Positions 50,053-61,091 are shown, numbered from the stretch's first letter. The stretch: DNA of 64,000 bases from Mycoplasmataceae bacterium (GCA_030621645.1 JAUXHI010000001.1:14318-78317), one strand, 5' to 3'. The notes: a model not told the origin generated them from the sequence alone. A program made the numbers and translations.

Positions 50053-51559
50053 ATTCTATTCTACTAAAAAGATATCCTATATTAAGTAATGTATATCCTA
50101 CGAAGTCTTTGTCATAAAATTTAAAGTCTAATGGAGTTTTTAATCATACACTTATTTTTTCAGATGAATCAACTAACACTGGAGATAACATCACTGCAGA
50201 TTTAAATATTGATGATATTAGAATATTAAGAACAGTTCCCAATCTCTCTTGATCTGTAATTTTTCATGGAGCAGTTTTGTCAATGTAATCATTTACTGCT
50301 TCTATAAAAGCTACCAATGTTTTTGTAGAGTTAGAAAATTTAAATGCCATAATTTCTTTGTCAAATTTATTTTGTATTGTAATTAATTCAGCATAGAATG
50401 TTTCATCGTCTAATAGAATTTTCCCTCTTGAAGGAACAATACCATTAAAATATTTTTTAACCATTCCATCAGTTCTAGAAACAAGATTTGAAAATTTATT
50501 AACAAGAATACCATTAGTATTTTCCACTAATAATTGTTCTGAAAATTTACCATCTTCTCCTGTAACTATATTATTAATTAAATAAAACCGCAAAGAATCT
50601 CTGCCATATAACTCAATCAAAGTAAGTGGGTTAACAACATTACCAAGAGATTTTGATATTTTTACATCATCATCAGTTACTAATCATCCATGAGCTAAAA
50701 CTCTAGGCTTTCTGTAATTTAACATATTTAACATAATTGGTCAATAAATTGAATGAAACCTAGTTATTTCTTTTCCAACAAGTTGTAATATCTCAACATT
50801 TGAATTTTTTGATCATACTTCATCTGGTGTTCACTTTGAATCTGGATATGTTAAAGCCGAAATATAATTCAGAAGAGCATCCATTCAAACATAAATTATG
50901 TGTTTTTCATCACCAATTACTGGTATTCCTCAAGTAAAAGAAGTTCTTGTAATTGATAAATCTTTTAAATTGTTAACAAAATTATTAATCAATTCATTAA
51001 CTCTGTTTTTTGGAAAGAGTATTTCTCCTTCTTCCAATGTTTTCTTAATTCAATCTTTAAATTCAGCTATTTTTAAAAAATATGATTCTTCCTTTAATAA
51101 AAAAACTTCTTTGCCACAAGTCGGACATTTATGTTCTTCATTTAACATTGTCTCAGTGAAGAATGCTTCATCTGATTTACAATATCAACCTTCATAATCA
51201 TCTTTATAAATTAAATTATCTTTTTGGAATTTAACAAATGTATTTGCAACAAATGTTTCATGTTCTTTATCAGTGGTTCTAATAAATTTATCATAATCAA
51301 TACCTAATTTTTCTCATAAGTATTTAAAATTATTAATTTTCTTTGTAACAAAAGTTAGCGTGTCTTCTCCTTTTAGTTTTGCATTATCATCTATTTTTTG
51401 TCCATGTTCATCTGAACCAGTCAAAAAGAAAACGTCATAACCTTTTAGTTTCTTATATCTTACAATATAATCTGCAAGAATAGTAGTGTAAGCATGTCCT
51501 ATATGAAGGTTATCGTTGGGGTAATATATTGGGGTTGTCACAAAAAACTTTTTATTCAT
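50042..51559 (-). CDS. metG: methionine--tRNA ligase (505 aa)
   Basis: Track ORFs 51314-51559 (TTPIYYPNDNLHIGHAYT) and 50264-50620 are in frame. I walked 50042-50264 to TAA 50042. It overlaps the mnmG start by 11 nt. Confidence 0.93.
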
Positions 51560-51589
51560 TTCATTAATAATTATAGTAGAATATTGGTA

Positions 51590-52789
51590 ATGAATTGAGA
51601 TACATTTTTTACTACTGGAGCAGGCACATTTATTGATGTAATGACTTGAGTTATTGTTTCTCTTTTTATATTTGAGTTAATAAATTTTTTCATAAAAGAT
51701 GGTCTTTATAATTGAATAAAAAAATCTAAAAAATCTCAAGTTTTTAATGCTGCTATTCTTGGTTTAATCCCTGGATGTGGGGGACCATTATTACTTGTCC
51801 CATTATATAAAAAAGGAAATGTTTCTCTATCAGCACTAACTGCATCTTTTATAGCCACATTTGGTGATGCCGCCTTTGTTATACTATCTAAAAATCCTGA
51901 AGTATTCCTCCATTTGATGTGAATAAGTTTTATTACAGCAATTATTTTTGGTTATGCTCTACAAATATCAGGAATAGGTATGAAGTTAGAAACAAATATT
52001 AAAAATTCTAAAAATAAATTCGCTAAAAAAGAATTTCAAACTATCCATGATAAAGAAAGAGCTTTAATGCCATCTTGATTTAATGTACTGGATGAAAAAA
52101 TAGGACCGCTGTTTTTATTTAGTGCTGGTATATTCTTATTTCCAAGTACAATAATGAATCTGGTTCCTGCATGAGAAAACACATTGTCATTATGATTATT
52201 GATTAGTAATTGAATTGGTTTTGTAGCCACAATGACTATGATTTGTTTCTACTTAATTAAATCATTTATGAACAGACTATATATTCCAAATTATGGTTCT
52301 TATATCCATATTGAAGGACATGAAGATGAAATAATTAAAAATTCAGCAATAGCTATTTCTAAAAATAATAAGGAAAATATAAATCAACTTTTTCATGATG
52401 TATTTGTTAATCTAGTAAGAATAGTTGTATGAGTATTCATTGGATTGTTCTCGTTCGAAGTATTATATTTTTACATGGGCGATTCAATTGAATCATTATT
52501 TAACTTTGCTGGTGGATCAATAACTATCTTAATTGCTATAGCTGTTGGTATGATCCCTGGATGTGGGCCTCAAATTGCACTGGCAAATTTCTTCTTGTCT
52601 ACAGGAACAGTTAACTTATCAGCCCTTGCAGGTAATTCAATAAACCAAGACGGAGATGCAGCATTTGCTTTAATTGCTGTTGATGTAAAAACTTCAATGG
52701 TAATGCGTTTCTTAAATATAATTCCAGCCCTTATTGTTGGTTTCACTTTAATGGGACTTAATAATATTGGAATATCAATAATAAATTAA
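51590..52789 (+). CDS. polytopic permease with internally duplicated IPGCG...GDAAF motif (putative metal/ion transporter, 399 aa)
   Basis: ATG 51590 is in frame with track ORFs 52232-52432 and 52445-52789, joined by TGA=Trp. The first half reads ILGLIPGCGGPLLLVPLY..LSALTASFIATFGDAAFVIL. The second half reads AVGMIPGCGPQIALANFF..LSALAGNSINQDGDAAFALI. It resembles the PF11449-type predicted 10-TM metal permeases; that assignment is from memory. Confidence 0.7.
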
Positions 52790-53586
52790 AAAATAGGTTT
52801 ATTTTTTAATTTATTATATATATCATTTTTTGTTTTGTTAGTGTGTTTGGAAAGAAATGTTGCTATTGATTTGTCAGTCATGCCTTCCTCTTTTAAATCA
52901 AATATCATCTTATCAATCTCTTGAACCAAATTAGCAGTTTTCAAATTAATTAATAAAACTATCTCCCCTTTATATGTTTTGTTTGAAACATCTGAAATAT
53001 TTCCCCTTGTTATCTCTTCAAATTTTTTTGTTAATTCTTTAGAAATGACAACTTCAGCATTTCCTATAATCTCAAAAAGGTTTTGCAGAGTTTTATTTAT
53101 TCTTGTTGACACCTCATACAAAACTAATACATCACTTTCCCCCGCGGAAATAATTTGTTTTTCCAATTTTTTCTTTGTTTTTTCTGCAAAGCCAGAAAAC
53201 ATAAATGTCTTATATATCAAACCCGATGACGAAAGAGCAGTAGTTATTGCAGTAGCGCCTGGTAAGGCCACTATTTCAATATCGTGTTCTATTAATTTTT
53301 TAATAATAAATTGTCCAGGATCTGAAATTGTTGGTGTTCCTGCATCAGAAATAATTGCAATATCACCTAACACTAAGTCACTTAATATTTTTTCTTCTCT
53401 TTCACTTTCGTTAAATTTATGTAATGAAAGTAATTTATTTTTGATTGAATAAGTGTCTAAAAAATGTTTGCTGTGTCTTGTGTCTTCTGCATATATTGAT
53501 TCAACTTTTGACAAAATATCAATTGCTCTTTTACTTAAATCATCTATGTTGCCTATTGGAGTAGGAACTATGTAAACTTTTCCCAT
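52786..53586 (-). CDS. rsmI: 16S rRNA (cytidine1402-2'-O)-methyltransferase RsmI (266 aa)
   Basis: Intact track ORF reading GKVYIVPTPIGNIDDLSKRAIDIL...AEDTRHS...ISDAGTPTISDPG. Confidence 0.92.
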   Translation of the reverse strand: MGKVYIVPTPIGNIDDLSKRAIDILSKVESIYAEDTRHSKHFLDTYSIKNKLLSLHKFNESEREEKILSDLVLGDIAIISDAGTPTISDPGQFIIKKLIEHDIEIVALPGATAITTALSSSGLIYKTFMFSGFAEKTKKKLEKQIISAGESDVLVLYEVSTRINKTLQNLFEIIGNAEVVISKELTKKFEEITRGNISDVSNKTYKGEIVLLINLKTANLVQEIDKMIFDLKEEGMTDKSIATFLSKHTNKTKNDIYNKLKNKPIF

Positions 53587-54087
53587 TTAACTCACCTTTT
53601 CCATAATATACTTAAAAACAAATAAGTTAAGTAATTTCTTTGAAGTTGTAATATTTGTATTTATTGCATTATTTATTTGTTTAAATAAATTTTCTTTATG
53701 CCTTATTATTGTAAATATTGACAAAATAGCTGAACATATTTCTTGATCACTCATTTCATCAATTGTTTTCCTTAATTTAAAAACATCAGAAGTTTTAAGA
53801 AGAGTAATAAAATCATCATTGAAAACAAAATCATAATCTATGATTTCAATGTTAGGGCTTTTGCTAATTTCATCTATTGTCTTATTTCATTTCTTATAAT
53901 AGAAAATCATGTCATTATGATGTGAAATATTGTTCATTAATTTTCTTACTGCTTTAATTGATCATTGATCAATTTCTTCAATTTTTTGTTCAATACTAAA
54001 AAAAAGATCAATATTGTTTGTTTCAAGCAAATGTAACTCTTGTTCCTTTTCTTTTTTTGTTTCAAAATTTCTAATTAGTTTGATCAT
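53587..54087 (-). CDS. hypothetical protein (166 aa) at the holB (DNA pol III delta') position
   Basis: Walked codon by codon from ATG 54087 to TAA 53587 (TGA at 53887 and 53962). An in-frame TAA lies immediately upstream of the ATG. No P-loop or zinc motif. It sits between tmk and rsmI, where Bacillus and Mycoplasma genitalium carry holB. Confidence 0.55.
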
Positions 54088-54718
54088 TTAAATTTAATCT
54101 TTCAATTATTATTTCAACTATTTCATTGGCTATATGTTTGTGTGTTTTAGATGCATCAATATTAATATATTTTTCTTGATCATTCCTTAATAAACTTTGG
54201 TAGCCTTTTCAAATTAATTTATGAAAATCAATACTTTCATTATCAAATCTATTTGTGCCTCTTGACGCATCAATAATTCTCTTGACTGCTATTTCAGGAT
54301 CAACATCAAAAATAAAAGTCATTATTGGTTCATATTCACCAATAGTCATTTTATTAACAGTATTGATTGTGTTGACATCTAATCCTTTTGCTAGACCTTG
54401 ATACACTAATGATGAATCAATGAATCTGTCACATAAAACTATTTTTCCTTCATTTAGTGAAGGAATTATAAGTTTTGTCATGTGTTCTCTTCTTGAGGCT
54501 GAAAAAAGTAAAAATTCAGTTAACAAATCAATATTATTGAATTCCATTATTATTTTTCTAATCTCTTCTGAAAAGGGTAAATCTTTTCCTCCAGGTTCTC
54601 TAGTAATTAAAGTATTAAAATTAAGAGCTTTTAATTTTTCACCAACAATTTTTATAACTGTTGATTTACCTACTCCTTCTCCACCCTCAAATGTTATGAA
54701 TTTGTTAAAATTTTTCAC
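54071..54718 (-). CDS. tmk: thymidylate kinase (215 aa)
   Basis: Track ORF 54209-54718 (FITFEGGEGVGKST, DRF.DSS) continues through TGA 54209 to TAG 54071 (walked). It overlaps the next start by 17 nt. Confidence 0.93.
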
Positions 54719-55286
54719 GCTTTTCCACTGCCTTTCTTATAGTAATTTCATCTGAATGCTCAACTGACCCACCAAAAGGTACTCCAGCTGATAATTTTGA
54801 ATAAACAATATTGTTAAAACTATTAGCAAGTTTTTCAGTTATAACTTTAATTATTATTTCTGTTTCTATTGAAGGAGATAACATAAATATCATTTCTTTA
54901 ATTTGCTTATTTTTAACAAATATATTTATTCTTTCAATCATATGTGACACTTTATCAAAATCTAAAAAATCTTTTTTCGATTCAAATCCAATAACAAATT
55001 TTTCACCTTCTAGATTGGTCTTACTTTCTATAGAAAGTAGATTTAATTGATTTTCAAATACATATAGCTTTTCTGTGTTTTTCCCACAATTGATACAATT
55101 GTTTTCTTTCATAAAAATTAAACCACAAATGTTACAATATTTAAACTTATTTGCTTCATTAATAATTAATTCTAAATCACTTTTGACTTCATCATTATCT
55201 ATGATTTTAAGTGCAAGTTTTTGAGCTAATTTTTTACTAATCCCTGGAATATTTTCAAAAAGATTAATTAATTTAAATATATTCAT
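54705..55286 (-). CDS. recR: recombination protein RecR (193 aa)
   Basis: Intact track ORF with the HhH N-terminus (LPGISKKLAQKLA), a C4 zinc finger (CNICG...CINCG) and a Toprim region. Confidence 0.93.
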   Translation of the reverse strand: MNIFKLINLFENIPGISKKLAQKLALKIIDNDEVKSDLELIINEANKFKYCNICGLIFMKENNCINCGKNTEKLYVFENQLNLLSIESKTNLEGEKFVIGFESKKDFLDFDKVSHMIERINIFVKNKQIKEMIFMLSPSIETEIIIKVITEKLANSFNNIVYSKLSAGVPFGGSVEHSDEITIRKAVEKREKF

Positions 55287-57070
55287 TATTGTTTATACTC
55301 CACTTTTTCGCCAAACAAATCTTTTAATGTTTTTTCTTCATTAGTTTCTATTTCAATTTCAGGTATGTCAATTTCAATATTAATAATATTATCTTGATTA
55401 GCAAGTTGTTTGTGTCCAATTACTATCTTTTTTCATTGTTCTGGCATAACTGGAAGTACATATGCTGACCTACCAGTTAATTCTTTAATAAATTTCAGTA
55501 ACTTTGGTTCTAAAGATACTTCTTTAAAATTTTCATAATTATGTACAGAAGAAAATCCTAAAATAATGACCTTTGAAGAAGCAGCAAGCACTTCTGTTTC
55601 ATGTAAAATAGAAACATATTTTTTTCATATTGTTTTACTTTGATATTGTTCAATATAATTTCATCTTTCTTTAACTGAATTAAATATAATATCGTCCCAT
55701 TCAAACAACACTGATATATAATGTTTTGCATTTACATAATCAGTTATTTTATTATTTTCTTCAACTATAAAAGAGTCATCTATTTCAACTTGTTTTTCTA
55801 TATCAGTAGTTAACACTTTTTCAATAATTATTGCTTCTTTGACTAAAGGCTCAATATTTGTTTTCTCTTCAGCAGTATTATTTTTTTCTTCAGTTTTTTG
55901 CTCATGGTCAACAATAACATTTTTTTCTTTTAATTTTTTTCTTTTAATAAGATCATCTGCAAATTTTACTTCTTCAGTTTTAAGATTAACTAATTCAAGC
56001 TCCTTAGTATTAAGTAAGTCAGTTTCTTCTGTAAAGTTTTTCTCAACAGCTTCTACAATTGTTTCACGTGGAACATCAGCAGTTATCATGTGAGTTGACA
56101 TTCATTTAACAATAGTTGATTTAAGAGCTATTTTTATTAATGAAGGATCTTTAAGAGTTAGTAATATATCAAGTAAATCAGTTAGCAATATATTTAGATC
56201 ACTTCTTCCTTCTTTTACTATGTTTGTCACTACATTAATTAACATATAAAGAGTTTTTCTAGGATCTTTATCATCGTTATCAATTTTATCAATTAATTTA
56301 ACAGGTGATAAAATAATATTTTTCTTCACTTCGTCATAATCAATAAGTCCTAATAAAGTAATAACTTCATTTTTAGTAACGTTATTTGTTGAAAGCAATA
56401 TCATTTCAAGGAATGAAATTGCATCCCTAAGAGATCCGCCAGAGACACTAGCTATATATTCCAATGCTTCTTTTTCAAATGGAATGTCCTCTTTGGTTAG
56501 AATATTTCTTAAACCCTTTTCAATATTACTAATTGTTAAAGATTCCAAATTAAGCACTAGTGTTCTTGAAACTATGGTATCTGGTAATTTATTAATTTCT
56601 GTTGTTGCTAATATAAATATAGTATTTTTAGGCGGCTCTTCAAGAGTTTTAAGTAATGCATTAAATGCTGCTTTTGAAAGCATATGTACTTCATCTATGA
56701 TGTATATCTTATATTTTGATGATGTTGTAAGATAATTAGCCTTTTCAGTAATATCTCTTATTTCGTCAACACCATTGTTTGATGCGGCATCTATTTCAAT
56801 TACATCTAATGAAGAAGAATTTGATATTTGCACACAAGAACCACATTCATTACATGGTTCTACATTTTCCAATAAATTAATACAATTTACTGCTTTAGCA
56901 AATATTCTAGCTAAAGTTGTTTTTCCTGTACCCCTTATTCCATATACTAAATAAGCATGATTAATCTTATCATTTAATATTGAATTTTGAAGAATTTTTT
57001 TTATTGTTATTTGTCCTATTACATCATTAAAATTTTGTGGTCTATATTTAATATAAAGTGATTTTGACAT
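55286..57070 (-). CDS. dnaX: DNA polymerase III subunit tau/gamma (594 aa)
   Basis: Track ORFs 56102-57070 and 55661-56101 are in frame, with the boundary at TGA=Trp. The frame continues to TAA 55286-55288, which overlaps the recR ATG. Motifs: GIRGTGKTT, zinc module CNECGSC and IYIIDEVHML. Confidence 0.93.
56060..56075. other. parS centromere-like site TGTTTCACGTGGAACA inside dnaX
   Basis: Direct reading. It matches the Firmicute consensus TGTTNCACGTGNAACA at all 14 fixed positions. On the coding strand it encodes ..DVPRET.. Confidence 0.8.
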
Positions 57071-57102
57071 ATTGTTTCCTTACTCTTGTTTTACTCAACT
57101 AT

Positions 57103-57108
57103 ATTATA
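57103..57108 (-). promoter_or_regulatory. candidate -10 box (TATAAT) of dnaX
   Basis: The minus strand reads atcTATAATatagttgagtaaaacaagagtaaggaaacaatATG. The -10 lies 32 nt upstream of the ATG, with an AAGGAAA Shine-Dalgarno sequence. Confidence 0.4.
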
Positions 57109-57120
57109 GATAAGTAAAAC

Positions 57121-57197
57121 AAAAGTCGCACACAGCACTTCTTGATATGGCTGCTTCATTTCTGACCTGACCAGGTTACAAGGTTACTGTTGCGACA
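57121..57197 (-). ncRNA. ffs: signal recognition particle RNA (small 4.5S/scRNA type, ~76 nt)
   Basis: The minus strand reads gucgcaacaguaaccuuguaaccuggucaggucagaaaugaagcagccauaucaagaagugcugugugcgacuuuu. It contains the conserved domain IV core (cf. E. coli CCAGGUCAGGUCCGGAAGGAAGCAGCCA) with a compensated C-G to A-U change and a GAAA tetraloop. The 5' end gucgca pairs with the 3' end ugcgac, and a U-run follows. It sits immediately upstream of dnaX, as scr does in B. subtilis. Confidence 0.88.
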
Positions 57198-57202
57198 TAA
57201 AT

Positions 57203-57208
57203 ATTATA
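57203..57208 (-). promoter_or_regulatory. -10 box (extended, TGcTATAAT) of the SRP RNA gene
   Basis: The minus strand reads gTGcTATAATatttatGTCGCA, with 6-7 nt between the -10 and the first base of the closing helix. Confidence 0.6.
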
Positions 57209-57225
57209 GCACTTAAAATATCAAT

Positions 57226-57241
57226 TGTTTCACGTGAAACA
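57226..57241. other. perfect palindromic parS site TGTTTCACGTGAAACA
   Basis: Direct reading gives a 16/16 match to the B. subtilis-type parS. It abuts the serS stop codon (57242-57244) and lies 17 nt upstream of the ffs -10 box. Confidence 0.88.
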
Positions 57242-58486
57242 TTAAATTTCTTCAAATGAAATATATTTTTTAAGAACAGTAGGAACTATTACTTTTCCAT
57301 TAGCATCAATATAATTTTCTATAATAGCTGCTATTGTCCTCTCAATCGCTAATGCAGATCCATTATATGTATAAACATTCTGCTTTTTATCATCGATTTT
57401 TATTCTAGTATTCATTCTTCTAGCTTGAAAATCTCCTGCTGATGAAACAGATGAAACCTCTCTATAATTACCTGTCCCAGGCATTCATACCTCTACATCA
57501 TAGGTTTTCTTTGCCGCAAATGATGTATCTCCAGTAGAAAGAGAAATGATTCTATATGGTAATTTAAGACTTTCTAAAAGAGAGCATGTTTGTTTTAACA
57601 TATTGTTAAAGTCAACTTCTTCATTAAATGGATGACCTATTGTAACAAGTTCTACTTTTCTAAATTGATGTAATCTAATTAGTCCTCTAGTGTCTTTTCC
57701 AGCCGATCCTGCTTCTTGTCTAAAACAATTAGTTAAAGCAGCGAACCTTATAGGTAATTCTTCACTATTAAGTATTCTGTCAGTCACCAAATTAGTTAAC
57801 GGAACCTCTGCAGTAGGTATTAAATATTGATTATTATCTAATTTATATAGATCTTCTTCAAATTTTGGTAATTGCCCTGTATTAAATAGAGCTTTTTTGT
57901 TTACTATCACTGGAGGTTCAATTAATTCAATTCCTTCTGCTTTGTGTGAATCAAGCATAAATTGTTCTACTGCTCTAACAAGATCAACCATTTTCCCAGA
58001 ATATATGACATGTCTCGACCCCGAAATATATCCTGCTTCTTTAGAAAGAATCAAGTTATTTTTCTCTAAAAAATCTCAATGAGGAATAGCATTAGTTTGT
58101 TCCTTCAACTCATCTAAATGAGTTGAAATAACAATGTTATCTGTTTTACCAACTCCTACATTAATCTCATCTGCTGTAGGATTGGGAAAATGAGAAGCTA
58201 TTTCTTCAATTTCATTCTTAAAATTTTCATTTTCAGATGTTTGCTCTTTTGCAGCTTTTGAAATAAGTGTAGCTTCTTCTCTCAATGAGTCTGATGAATC
58301 TGATTTTATTTTTTCTGAAATTTTATTTAGTTTAGTACGTAAATCTTGTTCAACAGTTAATCCTTTTTGATATTCCAAATATATACCAATGACTTCTTTT
58401 ACTTCTTTTACAAGATTATAATTTTTATCACTAAATTTTTTAATATATCAATTAGGTCTTTCAACCAAATCCTTAATATTGATCAT
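57242..58486 (-). CDS. serS: serine--tRNA ligase (414 aa)
   Basis: Track fragments 57242-57484, 57485-58054 and 58076-58378 are in one frame. The frame extends to ATG 58486 ([18 protein letters not shown]) or ATG 58492. It has the class II motifs and overlaps the gyrA 3' end. Confidence 0.92.
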
Positions 58487-61091
58487 CTTCATTACCTTCT
58501 TTTTTATTTATATTAAATTCACTTGTCATTTCCTTAATTTCTTGTTGAAGTTTTTTCTCAGTTTCTACGACTGTATCTTTTTCAACATCATTTAATTGTT
58601 CAACATTAATCTCTTGTGTTTTTTCTATATCTTCTTCTATTTTTTTAGATGATTTAACAACTTCAATAGATGAAATTCTTTCATTTTCTCTTGTTTCAAC
58701 AATCTTTACACCCTTAGTATTTCTACCTTTAGTTGATAATTGAGAAAGTGATGTCCTAATCACAGTACCTTTACCAGTTGTAATCATTAAATCCTCATCA
58801 CCAGAAACAGACCTAAGACCAATTAAGGCACCGGCAAGCTTAATATTTATTGTTTTAACACCTTTTGCTCCACGCTTAGTTAATCTATAATCTTCTATAG
58901 AAGTTATTTTACCAAAACCATCTTCTGACATAGAGAATACTAAATCACCATTATTAGATGATGCATAATCAACGATATAACCTTCGTCTATATTCATTCC
59001 TTTAACACCAGCAGCATTACGTCCCATGCTTCTTACATCTGATGCTAGGAATTTAATCGCTTTACCATTAATATTACCTAATAATATTTCAGTATCTGTT
59101 AATTTAGGGATTTGGAACACACCTAACAATTCATCTCCTGGTTTAAGTGAAATTGCAACCTTGCCATTTTTATTCACTCTTTCAAATTCAATTGAGTTTG
59201 TTTTTTTAACAATACCCTTCTTAGTTACAAAGAACATTTCTAAATCAGAGTATGATCCAACAGAGATAAGAGATTTAATCTTGTCTGTTTTATCAATTTG
59301 TATAAGATTGATCACAGGCAAACCTTTAGCTGTTTTACCTAATTGAGGTATTTGATGTCCTCTTATTCTATATACTTTACCTTTGTCGGTGAAGAACATT
59401 AAATCTTGGTGCGTGTTTGTTACAACAATATCTTGAACAGAATCATCCTCATTTGTTGATGCTCCTCTTGAGCCTGTTCCGCCACGATTTTGTACACGGT
59501 ATTCGTCAACTGGGATTCTTTTAACATAACCAGAATTTGTCAATGTAATAACAACATCTTCTCTAGGAATAAGATCTTCATCTTCAATGTCACCTATTGA
59601 TTCCTCTGAAATTATTGTTCTTCTTTCATCTCCAAATTGTGAAAGTATTTCATCAAACATTTCATTAATCTTCTCAATTTGAACATCTGATGAATTAAGA
59701 ATTTTATTGTATTCAGTAATATCAATTACTAATTTACTTATCTCATCTTGTAAGTTGTTTCTTTCAAGTCCTGTTAGTCTTTGAATTTTCATATCTAAAA
59801 TAGCTAATGCTTGTTTTTCAGTAAATTCATAATTTTTTATTAATAATGAAATGGCTTCTTTATTATCAGAAGATTTCTTAACAAGTTCTATAATTGCATC
59901 AATATGATTTAATGCTTTTGATAATCCTTTTAGAATATGTTTTCTAGCTTCTGCTTTAGAAAGTTGGTTGTTAATTTTTCTTATTAAAATATCAACTTGA
60001 TGATCAATATATATTTGAATAGCAGTTTTAAGATCTAGTGTTACTGGTCTTTTATTAATAAGTGCCAACATATTAATTGGAAATGATGTTTGTAATTGAG
60101 AAAGTTTAAATAATTTATTTAATTCAACTTCAGGAATAAATCCTTTTTTCAATTTAATAACTACTCTAATTCCTTTTCTATTTGATTCATCTCTAATGTC
60201 TAAAATTGATTCAATTTGTTTCTTTTTAACTAAATCAGCTATTTTAAGAATTAAGTTTGATTTATTAACCATATATGGAATTTCAGTAATATAAATCACA
60301 CCTTGAGATTTTTGTTCATCAAAATCAATAGTTGCTTTTGATCTTATAACCACTCTACCTCTACCTGTTTGATATGCAGAAGGTATTTGAGCCTTATTTA
60401 CAATTATTCCATGTGTTGGAAAATCAGGGCCCTTTACAAATTCCATTAAATCAATATTATTTAATTCTGTATTATTTGATAATGCTTTTGCAGCATTTAT
60501 AACTTCTGTAATGTTATGTGGAGGAATAGAAGTCGCCATACCGACAGCTATTCCTGTAGATCCATTCATTAATAAGTTTGGTAATTTTGAAGGAAGGACA
60601 ACTGGTTCAATTTCTGAACCATCATAATTTTCCTGAAATTCAACTGTATCTCTTTTAATATCATCTAACAGTAATGCTGTTATCTTTTGTAATCTTGACT
60701 CTGTATACCTCATGGCAGCAGCAGAGTCACCATCTATAGACCCAAAGTTCCCTTGTCCTCAAACAAGTGGATACCTCATTGAAAAGGGCTGTGCAAGCCT
60801 TACCATGGCTTCATAAACTGATGAGTCACCATGTGGGTGATATTTAGCAATAACTTCTCCCACTACTCTAGCAGACTTCTTAAATGGTTTACTATGTATC
60901 ATCTCAAGTTTGCTCATAGCATATAAAATACGTCTGTGAACTGGTTTAAGACCATCTTTAGCATCTGGGATAGCACGCGAAACAATAACTGACATCGCAT
61001 AATCAATAAATGATGCTTCCATTTCTTCAGTAATAGTTATTGGTTTAATATTTTCAGACAAATCTATATTATTATTTTCAAATTCATTCAT
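58473..61091 (-). CDS. gyrA: DNA gyrase subunit A (872 aa)
   Basis: Track ORFs 60759-61091 and 58473-60713 are in frame. Motifs: [20 protein letters not shown] and [15 protein letters not shown]. The C-terminal tail is acidic. Confidence 0.97.

Noticed and set aside
56099-56104. TGA at 56102 as a possible tau/gamma termination point splitting dnaX into two genes
   Set aside because: The downstream 146-aa track ORF is in the same frame with no gap and no independent start context. TGA is Trp everywhere else in the window. It is kept only as a low-priority check in the findings.
57101-57210. Identical 9-mer atattatag occurring exactly 100 bp apart (57101 and 57201), flanking the SRP RNA gene
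   Set aside because: Both copies are simply the TATAAT -10 regions (of dnaX and ffs) with AT-rich flanks. A 9-nt AT-only repeat is not significant in this composition.
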